From: Podarcis filfolensis
Lineage: Eukaryota
DNA: 64,000 nt
Direction: 5' to 3' (one strand)
NCBI GenBank assembly: GCA_964270895.1
Contig: OZ185440.1
The notes below the pieces were generated by a model. That model worked only from the letters and a program-made list of their open reading frames with translations. It searched no databases and was not told the origin of the DNA. This document shows, piece by piece, positions 53,119-64,000 of this stretch. The translations under genes and the position numbers were made by a program. Position 1 is the first letter of the stretch. The number at the start of each line of letters is the position of its first letter.

Positions 53119-54458
53119 TTTCCACCCATTTTCTTTCTAAAAGTGGAAGATACTTCAGCGCTGGATTTCAAAACATGGTTGACACTAGTAGCAGGACATT
53201 TATGTGGAGGAGGATGGTAGGTTATATGAACTCTCATTTTAACATGGAAAGCGCTGCCTGTATACCAGTCTAGAAGTAATTTAAAATAAAACAAGCTTTA
53301 CAAAATATTGCAGGAAATGTGCTGGGAAGTATTTTGGTGAAGTCATGGACGTTAATCAATTGGTGCCTGTGACACAAAACCATATTTCTCCAGAGTCTGG
53401 AGTGGTGGCACAACAGATTTGACTCTTACCTTTGTACAGTAGACTACATTCCAGCCATGCAAAAGTAAGAGGCTTATTCTCTCTCTCTCTCTCTCTCTCC
53501 ATTCATACAAGCAAGGGGCATCATCACAATTCAAGCAAAACAACAACAGTTGAGGAGGGTGCAAAACAAAGTCAGTAAGGGGGTGTGATCTATGAAGGAA
53601 GCAAGGTCTGAGGAGTCTGAGGGCCACATTTGGTCCCTGGGCCTGTGCTTTTCTACTCCTGCTCTGCACTGTAGAATATGTGCAGGAAAACATCACATTT
53701 TCCCATTAACAAAATATTGCTGCTTGAATGCTGGGGAAATGAAAAAGAAACATTACCTTAGGGCAAAGACATTTAGATCCCCTGCAACAAATGAATAACA
53801 ACTGTACATTTACTGTGCAATAAAATGACCATCTGGAATGCCCCCCACAACTGACATGAGACTTACTGAAGCTGCAAGAGTAGAAGCCATGAGGAGATAA
53901 AGCAGTGGAGGGTTTGCCCCCTTTTTTTGTTATTCTCCAACATAACCCCCTATTAGGGACATCTTACAGTCTGACCTCAGGCAAGAGCAAAATAAAGCAA
54001 AAGGAAATGGGAGAGCTAGCAGGGAGACTGAAAATGACAGTCAGGGGACTGAAGGAGCTGCCTTTGATATTACAGAGATGCACGCTAAAAGAAGAAAGAG
54101 GAAAGAAATGAATTTATGAAGTAATAGAAAGACCTCGTAAGAACAGCACAAAGCAATAAGGGAGGGGGGAGATGACAAAGCAATATATGTCACACAGAGC
54201 TTAAGATGCTGAATTCTATGGTATATTTTCATTAGAAAAATAACGTTGCCTGTGAATACACCCAAACTACATTAACAGTTAGCGAACTATATTGTTCCTT
54301 CCATGTAGCCTCATGCTAATGAACTGTGAATCTATGTAATCAGCATTTCTATTTAATCATATGATTATCTGAATAATATTGCCAAAGGCATTCAGATAGA
54401 TGACGCTGCACTTGGGCATAGAGAGGTTAAATTTGCATATAGATAATTTCAGTGTTAC

Positions 54459-54592
54459 CTTTGCATATGGCCCAAGCTTCTTCATCACACTTTTCTCCAC
54501 TAGTTCTCATTTCAAAAAAGTTGTTCTCTTCCAGGCTGAGAAAGCCATTCCCATCCAAATCAATCATTTCAAATATTTCTGATAAGGCTGCT
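54459..54592 (-). CDS. EFCAB7: EFCAB7 EF-hand exon (AALSEIFEMIDLDGNGFLSLEENNFFEMRTSGEKCDEEAWAICK)
   Basis: cctttcAG acceptor, G|GTAACA donor, 134 nt; canonical 12-residue EF-hand loop DLDGNGFLSLEE. Confidence 0.96.
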
Positions 54593-54770
54593 CTGAAAGG
54601 TTGAAGAGAAAAAGCAGCTCAACAGATTGTCTGCTTCCTTCATTTCATCCCTTGGACTCACTCATCAGTTCATTTCAGAAGACGGATTTCTTTGGGAGAC
54701 AATTTTTTCAGCAACATATTTTTGTTAAAATATGAAGAGCCTAAATTTCACAAAAGCTGGCCTGCCTTAC

Positions 54771-54922
54771 CGGAACTCTTTGGTAGCTGTGAATTCTCCA
54801 TCTCCATGTACAAGTTTGGCTTCTCTTCTAATTTGCTTTTTTGATTTTCTGAATCTACAGCCTGTGGTGAAAGGAATTACCCAATAGACACCACCTTCAA
54901 GTTCGCCTCTCCAACCAAAAAC
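54771..54922 (-). CDS. EFCAB7: EFCAB7 internal exon (VFGWRGELEGGVYWVIPFTTGCRFRKSKKQIRREAKLVHGDGEFTATKEFR)
   Basis: tttcctttgtggtAG acceptor, CG|GTAAGG donor, 152 nt. Confidence 0.95.
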
Positions 54923-55010
54923 CTACCACAAAGGAAAAAGATAGATGCAGGATGTTTTAGATTTCTGACCACCATCATTCTTTCTCCTCATACAAGCCCA
55001 ACAAGTATTT

Positions 55011-55979
55011 GAGTTCATATCTTGTAGACCTTTCCCACATGTAGATCACATAGATTAAAAAAGGAACTAGAGATAATAAAGTAAGAGCCAATGAAGTGCA
55101 CAAAATTGAGTTCTGGACTCAGAACTCAGAAGCCTGTGCTCAAAAGCTCACACAGCACTGCTTCACCCTTTACAAGGCAACCTGGGTACACAAGTATTTG
55201 CTGTAATAAATGCATAAAACGTGGAGGAGAGCTGCACATTCCCACTCTCTATAAAGTAGATTGGAATGCAGTGGATTTGGGCCCAGTTCCCTGACGTGTT
55301 TTCTGGAAGTGAGTTTATTTTCATGTAAACAAACAAACAAATTTATTTTATTTTATATGTTTATGTACAATTATATACTTAATGCTTAAGATAGTCTCTA
55401 AGTGGTCTACAAAACAACAAATACAATATGTAAAACCTCGAAAACAGTGTGAGCATGGGAAATCTCTCTCACCAATTGTAGTTTTTCAAACACTGGAGAA
55501 GACAGCAGGTTCAGAGCTACCTTTCAGTGAGAAAATTATGTGTGGCTTTAGGATTAAACTCTCTGTTCCCTGGCAGTCCTTGTACTCCTGCAACTACTTT
55601 TTTTAAACAAAGGGACGTGGCCAGTCCAAATATGTTTTTGAATCCTGTCCTTAAAGTCACATATTGTTTGACCTTGATGAAAAGGGGTAATAATGGCATT
55701 ATATCACATACAAAACAGAGTACGCCAAATGTGGGGAACACTGCAATGGCCCTCCAAAAGAAATGTTATATTGAGGGAAGACATCAGCACTCTGCACCAG
55801 AAGTGGGTTACATATGTATACTTACTGTGCTAAATAAATAAATAAATAAATAGATTGGACATAGAAGGCCTTGGACTCCTATTTATACTTGGTTTAAGAG
55901 AGTTCATATCTTGTAGACCTTTCCCACATGTAGATCACATAGATTAAAAAAGGAACCAGAGATAATAAAGTAAGAGCCA
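55011..55979 (+). repeat. 80-bp direct repeat pair (55011-55090 and 55900-55979), 1 mismatch
   Basis: gagttcatatcttgtagacctttcccacatgtagatcacatagattaaaaaaggaac(t/c)agagataataaagtaagagcca occurs twice, 809 bp apart. Confidence 0.95.
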
Positions 55980-56433
55980 TAAGAGAGAATCCATCTATTT
56001 GGATTGACTCATATCTGGTATAGGAGGAAATAAAAGTAATAAGTATTTGATTTATCTTAGTATTTCTACTACACTCACTTGAGGACAGTTTGGAAATTAA
56101 AATGAAAGTTCTGTTGCTTATTCAAGTCCACATTTATGTGTTGTGAAGGAAATCAACAGTCTTCTCAGGCCTAACCAACATAAGTAACTTTTTAAAGGGA
56201 TTCTTCAGATTTTGGCTTTTATCATCTGTTCATAGGGGAAATATTTGGAAAGTATATAATTAACAGTGTATTAATTCTGTTAGGAATAATATTACGTTTC
56301 CTTGACTACTTCATTGATAATTTAGCTATTTTCTCAATGGCAAAGCACAAAGTACCAGCCATTTATAGATATCATCATTATTAATATGCTACATATATAA
56401 AGTCAGTAAAGGTAACTTAAAAATGTCTATGAC

Positions 56434-56543
56434 CTCTTTATTTCGTAGCTCAGTGAAGCCGACAAGCTGTATGTTTTCTTCAGTTTCATTTTCTTTGAGT
56501 ATGTACAAAGCTGTGTCCACCACTAACCAAGGAGAAGGTTTTC
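56434..56543 (-). CDS. EFCAB7: EFCAB7 internal exon (GKPSPWLVVDTALYILKENETEENIQLVGFTELRNKE)
   Basis: ctttttgacAG acceptor, weak GAG|GTCATA donor, 110 nt. Confidence 0.95.
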
Positions 56544-56987
56544 CTGTCAAAAAGCAAGCAAAATTGTACTAATAGTCAAAGATCTGTCATTAACTGAGTG
56601 ATGCAGCTGAATACAGTGGTACCAAAAGAATCCATCGTGTTTTGCCCATTATCATTGTAAGGTCTCACATGCAGTGAAAACAGTTGTCATGCATGTTTGT
56701 GATTGAATGCATGTTTGCAGCATACAATCAATCAATCAATCAATCAATCTTTATTGTGGTCAAAGACCAGAAAGCTGCTGCTGTTGCTGTTAACAACAGC
56801 AACATATGCCGCAAATATTAACCTTTATGTTTTTGGTTTTTTTAAAAAATGCTAGAACTAATAATTTGCAACCCTGCAATGGTTACATTTTATCTTGGGC
56901 TGCTCCATTAATCCTTTGTGCAGTTCTATTACAGGGACATCTCCCAGTTTTCAACCCCTAGTTTTTTTTAAAAAAAGGTATTCCTAC

Positions 56988-57129
56988 CTTCCATTTGGCG
57001 AAGGTTCACAGGATTAATGGTAATGCATACTGTAGATCTCTGAGATAAAAACAACTTATATTTATGACTAATTATCTCTCCATTTTCCTCTAAGAAGAAG
57101 CATCCTTTGGACTGTGCCTGTTGCCATTC
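56988..57129 (-). CDS. EFCAB7: EFCAB7 internal exon (EWQQAQSKGCFFLEENGEIISHKYKLFLSQRSTVCITINPVNLRQME)
   Basis: tttgtctctAG acceptor, G|GTAGGA donor, 142 nt; QSKGCFFLEE-GEIISH motif. Confidence 0.95.
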
Positions 57130-58329
57130 CTAGAGACAAATCAAATAATTAATATAAAAGAAGTTACTTAATTCCTTGTAAGGCAGTGACTTTGCTAGTC
57201 ACTCCTACCATCTGTTGGCCAAGCGGTTCTTTAAGTCTTAAAAGGTTAGTGTCCGATCTTTTGAAGGTTTATTTTCCAAACCTTATTTACTGCATAATTC
57301 TTTGGATAATTGGAAACTGGAACATTCCCCTTCAGAAAATTTGCTTGCGACAACAACGTATCTTCTGATACAACTTAGAACAGTACTGCTAACAACAGCA
57401 ATAATAACACTTATAATTTATATGGCACTTTGAGTGTTGAGAGTATGCTATGTACATCATCTTAGTCATCCCTATAATGACGCTTTAAGGTTTCCAGTTT
57501 TATCCCACATTACAGACGGGGTTGTTGTGGAGGATGAGAAAACAGTAACTTGCTAGGGCAACCTTGTAAATTCTTAGCTAAGACAATGTTTCAATCAGGG
57601 ACATCTCACTATTCACTCTTGTTGAGACTGCACTAAATTAGCTCCTAATATTTAAATGCCGGAGTGGATTTGCATGTCTCAAATAACAGAAAAATTCAGC
57701 TGCAATAATTCTGCAGAAAACACTGTCTATGTTGTGGAAAGGATTGAAAAACTCAGAAAAAAACCCTAACTCTAGCCTGTTATGCTTCTGAAGAGCATAA
57801 GGTGGTGCTACAGACCCTGTATCTACTTGTAAACCAAGATAATATAGCATTCTTCAAACTGATATTTGCACATTGTATGGCTCATTTCAATTTGCAGTGC
57901 AGAGTGTGACATGGGAAAGAACAAAATGTTGAATAATAAGGAACATCCACACTCTGAAAACTAAGATTAAATGCTGAAAGTGTATTAGAGAAATGGCCAT
58001 GGCTTTTTAGCTTTGGGCACAATCAAATAAGATAAACTGCCATTCATTTTGCCTAAAATTCCCCATATATGGTCCAATGAATTGAACAAGGCTTGTGGCT
58101 ACAAGCCTACTTACAGTTACTTTGGAGTAGGACTTGATACCATGTATGGGATAAAGCTGCATGATGCCACTGTGTTTGTTTAAGCATAGAATGGCTTTTT
58201 CTACATGCCTTGCTAATTGATACTGCAGATTTAAATCATAGGAATGGTTATACTGGAAAAAGTATACTTGTCTATGCCTAAATCCAAGAGAAAAGTTAAC
58301 CCAAGTCAAGTGACAAATCATAAATGATG

Positions 58330-59050
58330 GCATCTACTGCTGTTTGCAATGAATTCTGGCATGGAATTCACCAAGTTTTCTGGTTTACAATATTTCAGAT
58401 GGATTTTGCTTTTTTACATATTCTTCTACATTTATTTCATAACAGCCTATTCCTACATTCACTAAAACACTTACCGTATAAGGGGGTCACAGGTTCTATT
58501 GCTCTTTTATATCATATTATTACGGAGTTGCCTATCTTCAGTACAGGACAGTTGACTAAGATGGATATTTTTGCAATTTATCACATACACTGCTCAACTT
58601 TATATAGCATAACTGGAAGGGCTCTCCCACGAATGCTTTGCTGTTATTCTTATGTGGTAGACTGGAGGCAGGGTGGGGTTATAAGCATATAGATGAATGT
58701 TCCTTGTAATTTATCAAGCTTTCCCAATTGTCAGGGATGTCTGCAATTAGAAACTGCAATGGCTTGGAAATTTATCATATATTCTTGATTTTTTTGATTT
58801 GCCACATAACCTGTGCATGCTGCAATAACCAGTGTAAAGTAGACATCCAAGTGTTATTTGGGTTTCAGCTTTCTGCTGCACCTTGTGGTGGGAAAGGATA
58901 TTCACATATATCCCCTATTTGAAGCTGGGGACCACACAGTTCCCCATATGCGGCAAGAGTCTGCTTTTCTTCTTTGTGTATTACATGTAGTGGGAAAACA
59001 GTTGAAGTGGAACTGGTACCTAATGGTTTGAGGTAATTGTAGTGCTCAGA
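58330..59050 (-). mobile_element. Possible highly decayed L1-like ORF2 3' region
   Basis: Fragments such as TLHWLLQHAQVMWQNQKNQ and FIYMLIT loosely resemble the L1 C-terminal Cys-rich region; many stops. Confidence 0.3.
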
Positions 59051-60470
59051 AAAATACTGGAAAATATCCAGACACCTCAGCTGATCCTGTCCTTTCTAGC
59101 AGTGCCCACCTGTTAGGAAACCAAACCTTGTTTCGGAATACTCCTGTTCCACCTGCAAAATCACCTCATGCACAAATAGCTATCAGCAGAATACTATTAA
59201 GAGATACACAATGGGGTGCAAGTCAAAAGAACAACGATGAACTTTTATTAGCAAAAATTTAATAGAAACCTACTCAGAACACTAAACTCATCTTTGGGAA
59301 CTTCACTATTTAAGCAGGCGGTGGATCACTCTTGTGATGACCAAACTGATCATTCGCTAACAGCTTAGAAAGCTAGTTTTCATTACCATCTAATAGGTTG
59401 TTGAAACTGAACCAATTACAACTAGTAGAAAACTACTGTATGTGTTTTTATAACCAACAACATATCATCTTTGAACATACTGGAATTACAGGCTAAATTG
59501 CATAGGGGTTTGGATACCTAAACACACAGAAAAAAATCCTTGGAGAGGATGCTTTTAAATTTTAATATAGAACAAATGTCACTGTCTAGCAATGTTAAAG
59601 ATATAAAGGACTTCAGAGTTCAATAACAAATACAGAGTTGTTATTTGAAACAAAAATGTAACTCAAGAGAACAATCAGTTCAGTCTTCTAGCTGCAGTTA
59701 TATTATGTGGTCATAACCATTCGTTCTCCCTTACACAGAGGTCTCAAGGTGCACATTTTTAATGTATCTTAGCAGTTTCCAGTTAATGTTTTATATTTCT
59801 CTAGCTATTATTTTCTGCTGAAAGAAAACTAGTAAAGGTTGAATCAGGAAAGGGAAAACAAAGGGAAAAGATCAATATTAACACTCTACAAATATTGACT
59901 TAGCAAAGTGACTTTGTTGTCTTTCTCCCTTAGGAATGGTTATTGAATGAATGACTTATTTAAAAGAAATTACTTGCAAAACTTATTAGTCTAAATAACA
60001 GTCAATATTTTCAGGCTACAGTGTATATTTACCAATTAATGTCTTCTGATCTGGGTACGTTTGAAGATATTTATTTCCAATTACCTTGCCTATAGAGGGT
60101 TGTGATATATAATCTTTCAGGCTACTTAAGCATTTAAAGTACTAATAAATTATTCAATTTTGCATTTCTCAAACAGTCATTAACAATTTTATCCAAGAGT
60201 GCTTTCCTTTATAGAAAAACATGTTTTGTTCTAGCAAACCTTCACACCTGAAAAATGATCCTAAATAACGGGATGTCAGCAAAACCAACATTATATAAAA
60301 ATGTTTATAGTGTTTTGCAACCAGAAATCTCTGTGTGCTGTGTTGCTGCCCTTGACAAGCAGTTAATAAAACATAAGCTATAAAAGAGAGAAAAATTGCT
60401 TTCTATTTAAAATGCAATGTCTATACCTGGTGAGGGGGAGCAAGAGTCAAACTAAATTAACGAAGTCTAC

Positions 60471-60595
60471 CTTTGCAGCATTTGCCTCAATGAGCTTCGA
60501 ATGTTTGTTGCTGCTGGCACCCATACTGATAGTGGAAGAAACAGATGCTTTGCAACTTGGAGCTGAGGAACACTGTGAAGAAGTCTTGCAGTGAC
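60471..60595 (-). CDS. EFCAB7: EFCAB7 internal exon (GHCKTSSQCSSAPSCKASVSSTISMGASSNKHSKLIEANAAK)
   Basis: ctgcaattgtAG acceptor, AAG|GTAGAC donor, 125 nt; phase-compatible with both neighbours; divergent low-complexity linker. Confidence 0.88.
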
Positions 60596-61468
60596 CTACA
60601 ATTGCAGAGTTTTATTTATAGCACCTTATTTATGAATATTTACATTCATCAAGTGAGAAAATAGATACAGAATGATAAATATACCTTATAGTAGTTAATC
60701 TGGTCTGGTAAACTGATTTGTGTTTTGCTGGGCCAGTATATGCACTGGAAAAATTTGGTATCTGCTTTGATTTGCACTGAACCTGCCAAGTCTACTGGTA
60801 ATGAATCTCCAACCCAGCAGCTGCCAAGTGATATTTGCACTAAAAGATTAGAGAATCTATCAAATCTATTAATTCAAACATTAAATAACCCATATCACAA
60901 AGTTGGTGTCATATAATACTGTGCTAAATCTTATCAGGGTAAGGCCAAATTTAAATTGTAAACTGCCCTTTTATTAAATAGAGTGGACATTCTGCCAGCT
61001 TTCAGTGAACCAGCCACTCATAATGCAGGAAAAGTTCATTTGCCAAAACACAACATATGGAAGATCTCTGGTCCAAGGTTTGCTCTTAGCTTATTTGGAA
61101 AAAAACAAACTGCAAGTAAGGTTCAGAAGACATGAAAGCCAAACTGTAGCTTGCTTCTTCTGTGGCATTGCAACAGCAGCAGAAGAGTGCTATTGGGATA
61201 TGCTATGTGAATGGGGTCACTCAAACATTAATCAGCTAATGCTAGAGAAAGAAAAATGCTGAAATGAGGGATGTAGCAAAACTTCTTCTGAGCCTAGGGC
61301 TTTGGAAATACCAGAGAGACATTTCTACCATTGATAAAGCAAATATTTTTAGTGAAATAAATGAACACACATTTCAAAAAAGAGAGAGAAAAATCTATAT
61401 CCAAGGTGTCATGCAGAGGGGAAATGACACTCTATGAAGTAGAGCTTTCTTGTTTGAAAAATTATTAC

Positions 61469-61664
61469 CTCTTTTTAGCATTGGTTTGGATTCTGTTTTC
61501 CTTGCAGCTTTTGGTATTGTTTTTGATATTAGTGATGTAGCCAGTTCTGATGAAGTCTCAAGTTGACTTCCAAACTGCTGACGCTTCAGTTTACTGTCAG
61601 CCTCCAGTTTCTCTAGTGCGTTCTTCAGACATTGCTCGTTGGTTGTCATATACAATTTACAAAA
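61469..61664 (-). CDS. EFCAB7: EFCAB7 internal exon (FCKLYMTTNEQCLKNALEKLEADSKL...KPMLKR)
   Basis: tttgtttacAG acceptor, G|GTAATA donor, 196 nt; FCKLYMTTNEQCLK recognised as EFCAB7. Confidence 0.95.
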
Positions 61665-63267
61665 CTGTAAACAAAACACACACACACCTTAGTCTCTTAA
61701 GTATTTTAGAAGGAAAATAAACAAAGGCACTACTAAGCAAGAAATAGATCAACAGATAAAAAATATTTCTTCTGTTAGTACAATCCTCATCTTGCTTTCA
61801 TGAATCAAACTGACCACTCTCCAGTGGCACAATAAAATGGAGACATGATTCAATGAGGAGATCATACAACTGAGAGAAAATAAAAATGAAAGGTACCCGA
61901 AGATAAGATTTATATTGTCTACCAGACATATTTGTGGACAGACTGGCTTTTTATGTCTAATTTTAAATGAAGGAGTTTTCTTTTCTTTTCTATGAGTCTG
62001 GATGGGAAACTTTAATGAACAACATAGTCATTTCAGATAAGGTAAACTCCAAGATTAACAAACTCCAGATAACATAAAATTAACAGTTGCATTTTTTAAA
62101 AGAACATTGCTTTAGCTACAGCCAGAAAGATAGTATTGTGATAGATGACACTGCATACTCAGGAAAGTATTTGGAAAGAACTGCCTTTAATCAACACTTA
62201 TTTTACACATATACATTCCTTATCCTATTTTTCTTTGTTAAAAAAGGGATGTTCTTCTATATTCACTGTGAACTCTTATGAGAAAAAGACATTGTCAATA
62301 TAGCTCGATGGGATACTACTCCTGTTCTGACACTCTCTACACTCCTTCTATTTTTAAGTATTAAGCTTGATGTCTGCCATAAATATATAGTTGTATATAG
62401 GGTTGTGTCCAAAGGTTTATGTTTGCAAGCAGAACTGAATTCTGCTCACACAATGGGATATTACCTGCCTCTCCTCCCCCTGCAGTCTTCAAAATCTGCT
62501 TTGGAGGACTGGGGGGACCCTGCAGAGCAGATCTGGGGTGTGAGTGAAGTTTGCGGGGAGGAGAGGGATGACTTACTGCATGAGCACAAGTCTGCCAGTG
62601 CAAGTCTGGATTTCACTGATACATGTATGATCTAGCTAAGATCCTTGCATTGCAGGGAGTTAGACTAGATGACCCTTGGGGTCCCTTCCAACTCTATATT
62701 TCTATTGTTCTAATACACTCAGGCTGACAGTGACTCTTCCTTTAGTAAAAAGCTTCTTCATTTCTAGCATATTGAAAGAGTGTCACATGGCAGAAATGAC
62801 TGCATATTCAGAGAAGCTCTTCCATTTGCACAAGTTCCTTCTCAAGAGATTCTTATAGCCGACTAGAGTTTCCATGCTACAGCATGTATCTTATTTATCA
62901 TGGTTGTCATACTATAACACAACCTCTGATGTACTGTGGTGCCTCACTGTGAGAAGTCTTACACTCCCTTGCCAAGCAGCACATTGAATAGCACCAATAC
63001 ATTTTCTCCCTCCACTCCTAGTACTTTGCATCCAAGACACAGTGTGTGATAAGATATTTATAAGTACTAGCTACATTACCATATTAATAAGCATACTTCA
63101 AGGTTGCAAACCTATACCTTTACTTTGTCAAAGGCCAACCACACTGAGCTCTATTGTTCATGTCTGCAACATGAAGAGCTGTTCTAATATATCACAACTA
63201 AAAACTTGCAATTTTTTAGTGCCTGACATACTTTTCTCTGAAAGCATGCACTGACAATCAGATCCTC

Positions 63268-63750
63268 TAGAATCATAGAATCATAGAGTTGGAAGAGACC
63301 ACAAGGGCCATCGAGTCCAACCCCCTGCCAAGCAGGAAACACCATCAGAGCACTCCTGACATATGGTTGTCAAGCCTCTGCTTAAAGACCTCCAAAGAAG
63401 GAGACTCCACCACACTCCTTGGCAAGCAAATTCCACTGTCGAACAGCTCTTACTGTCAGGAAGTTCTTCCTAATGTTTAGGTGGAATCTTCTTTCTTGTA
63501 GTTTGGATCCATTGCTCCGTGTCCGCTTCTCTGGAGCAGCAGAAAACAACCTTTCTCCCTCCTCTATGTGACATCCTTTTATATATTTGAACATGGCTAT
63601 CATATCACCCCTTAACCTCCTCTTCTCCAGGCTAAACATGCCCAGCTCCCTTAGCCGTTCCTCATAAGGCATCGTTTCCAGGCCTTTGACCATTTTGGTT
63701 GCCCTCCTCTGGACACGTTCCAGTTTGTCAGTGTCCTTCTTGAACTGTGG
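63268..63750 (-). mobile_element. Relatively young 5'-truncated CR1 LINE
   Basis: ORF 63382-63693 reads MVKGLETMPYEERLRELGMFSLEKRRLRGDM...RTRSNG.KLQERRFHLNIRKNFLTVRAV. There is a 1-bp frameshift near WNLL and a (TTCTATGA)n tail. Confidence 0.95.
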
Positions 63751-64000
63751 TTCAACTCTAACACCTATGTATCACATTCTGAACTGCTGTAACCTCCAAG
63801 GATTACTAAAAGGTGACCAGAAAACTTTGACACCATGGAAATATCCTATTAGGCGTTTAAGAACCAAATCACTCTCACTTATTCAGCCTCACCTCTTTCT
63901 TGTTTAAGCCCCCTTAACAGCATGTCAGGGCTCAGGGGACCTCCACTATTATAATCTGCTTTCCCCCAATTTTTACCCATTCCGACTCCCAGTCAAGACT

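Noticed and set aside
59318-59410. 14-nt match to the 5' end of 5.8S rRNA (GCGGTGGATCACTC) plus a C-box/D-box-like pair (GTGATGA...CTGA)
   Set aside because: Similarity stops after 14 nt, there is no convincing terminal stem, and it is antisense to the host gene, so intronic snoRNA processing is implausible. Consistent with chance.
61665-64000. Search for the next upstream EFCAB7 exon (RGEKMT...KFDYIK-like)
   Set aside because: No matching sequence found; the 5' exons lie outside the window.

Overview
Vertebrate genomic DNA, most likely from a squamate reptile. The SINE, CR1, L2 and Penelope repeat content fits a lacertid lizard (inference). Two genes lie on the minus strand. (1) A complete PGM1 (phosphoglucomutase 1): 11 coding exons from 37167 to 9163, 1689 nt, 562 aa, with catalytic motifs TASHNP, FDGDGDR and GEESFG intact. 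It has a second, homologous alternative first coding exon at 26980-27237 (muscle-type isoform, 566 aa) and a GC-AG intron 3. (2) The last 10 coding exons of EFCAB7 (61664 to 45514, 466 aa plus stop); its 5' exons lie beyond the window. The EFCAB7-PGM1 order matches the known amniote synteny. Introns and intergenic DNA are full of MITEs (hAT, Tc1/mariner-pogo, Harbinger-like), tRNA-derived SINEs, CR1/L2/L1 fragments and microsatellites, and there is one 189-N assembly gap. The most striking non-routine signal is a Penelope-like retroelement about 400 bp upstream of the PGM1 start codon. Its 79-bp inverted arms each carry a minimal hammerhead ribozyme: the copy on the PGM1 sense strand has an intact core, and the opposite-strand copy is mutated. 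Other leads are a latent or vestigial N-terminal extension of the muscle PGM1 exon, orphan exon-like segments downstream of PGM1, an unexplained triple-repeat composite insertion inside a CR1, and an 80-bp direct duplication in an EFCAB7 intron. All family assignments come from visual recognition; no searches were run.
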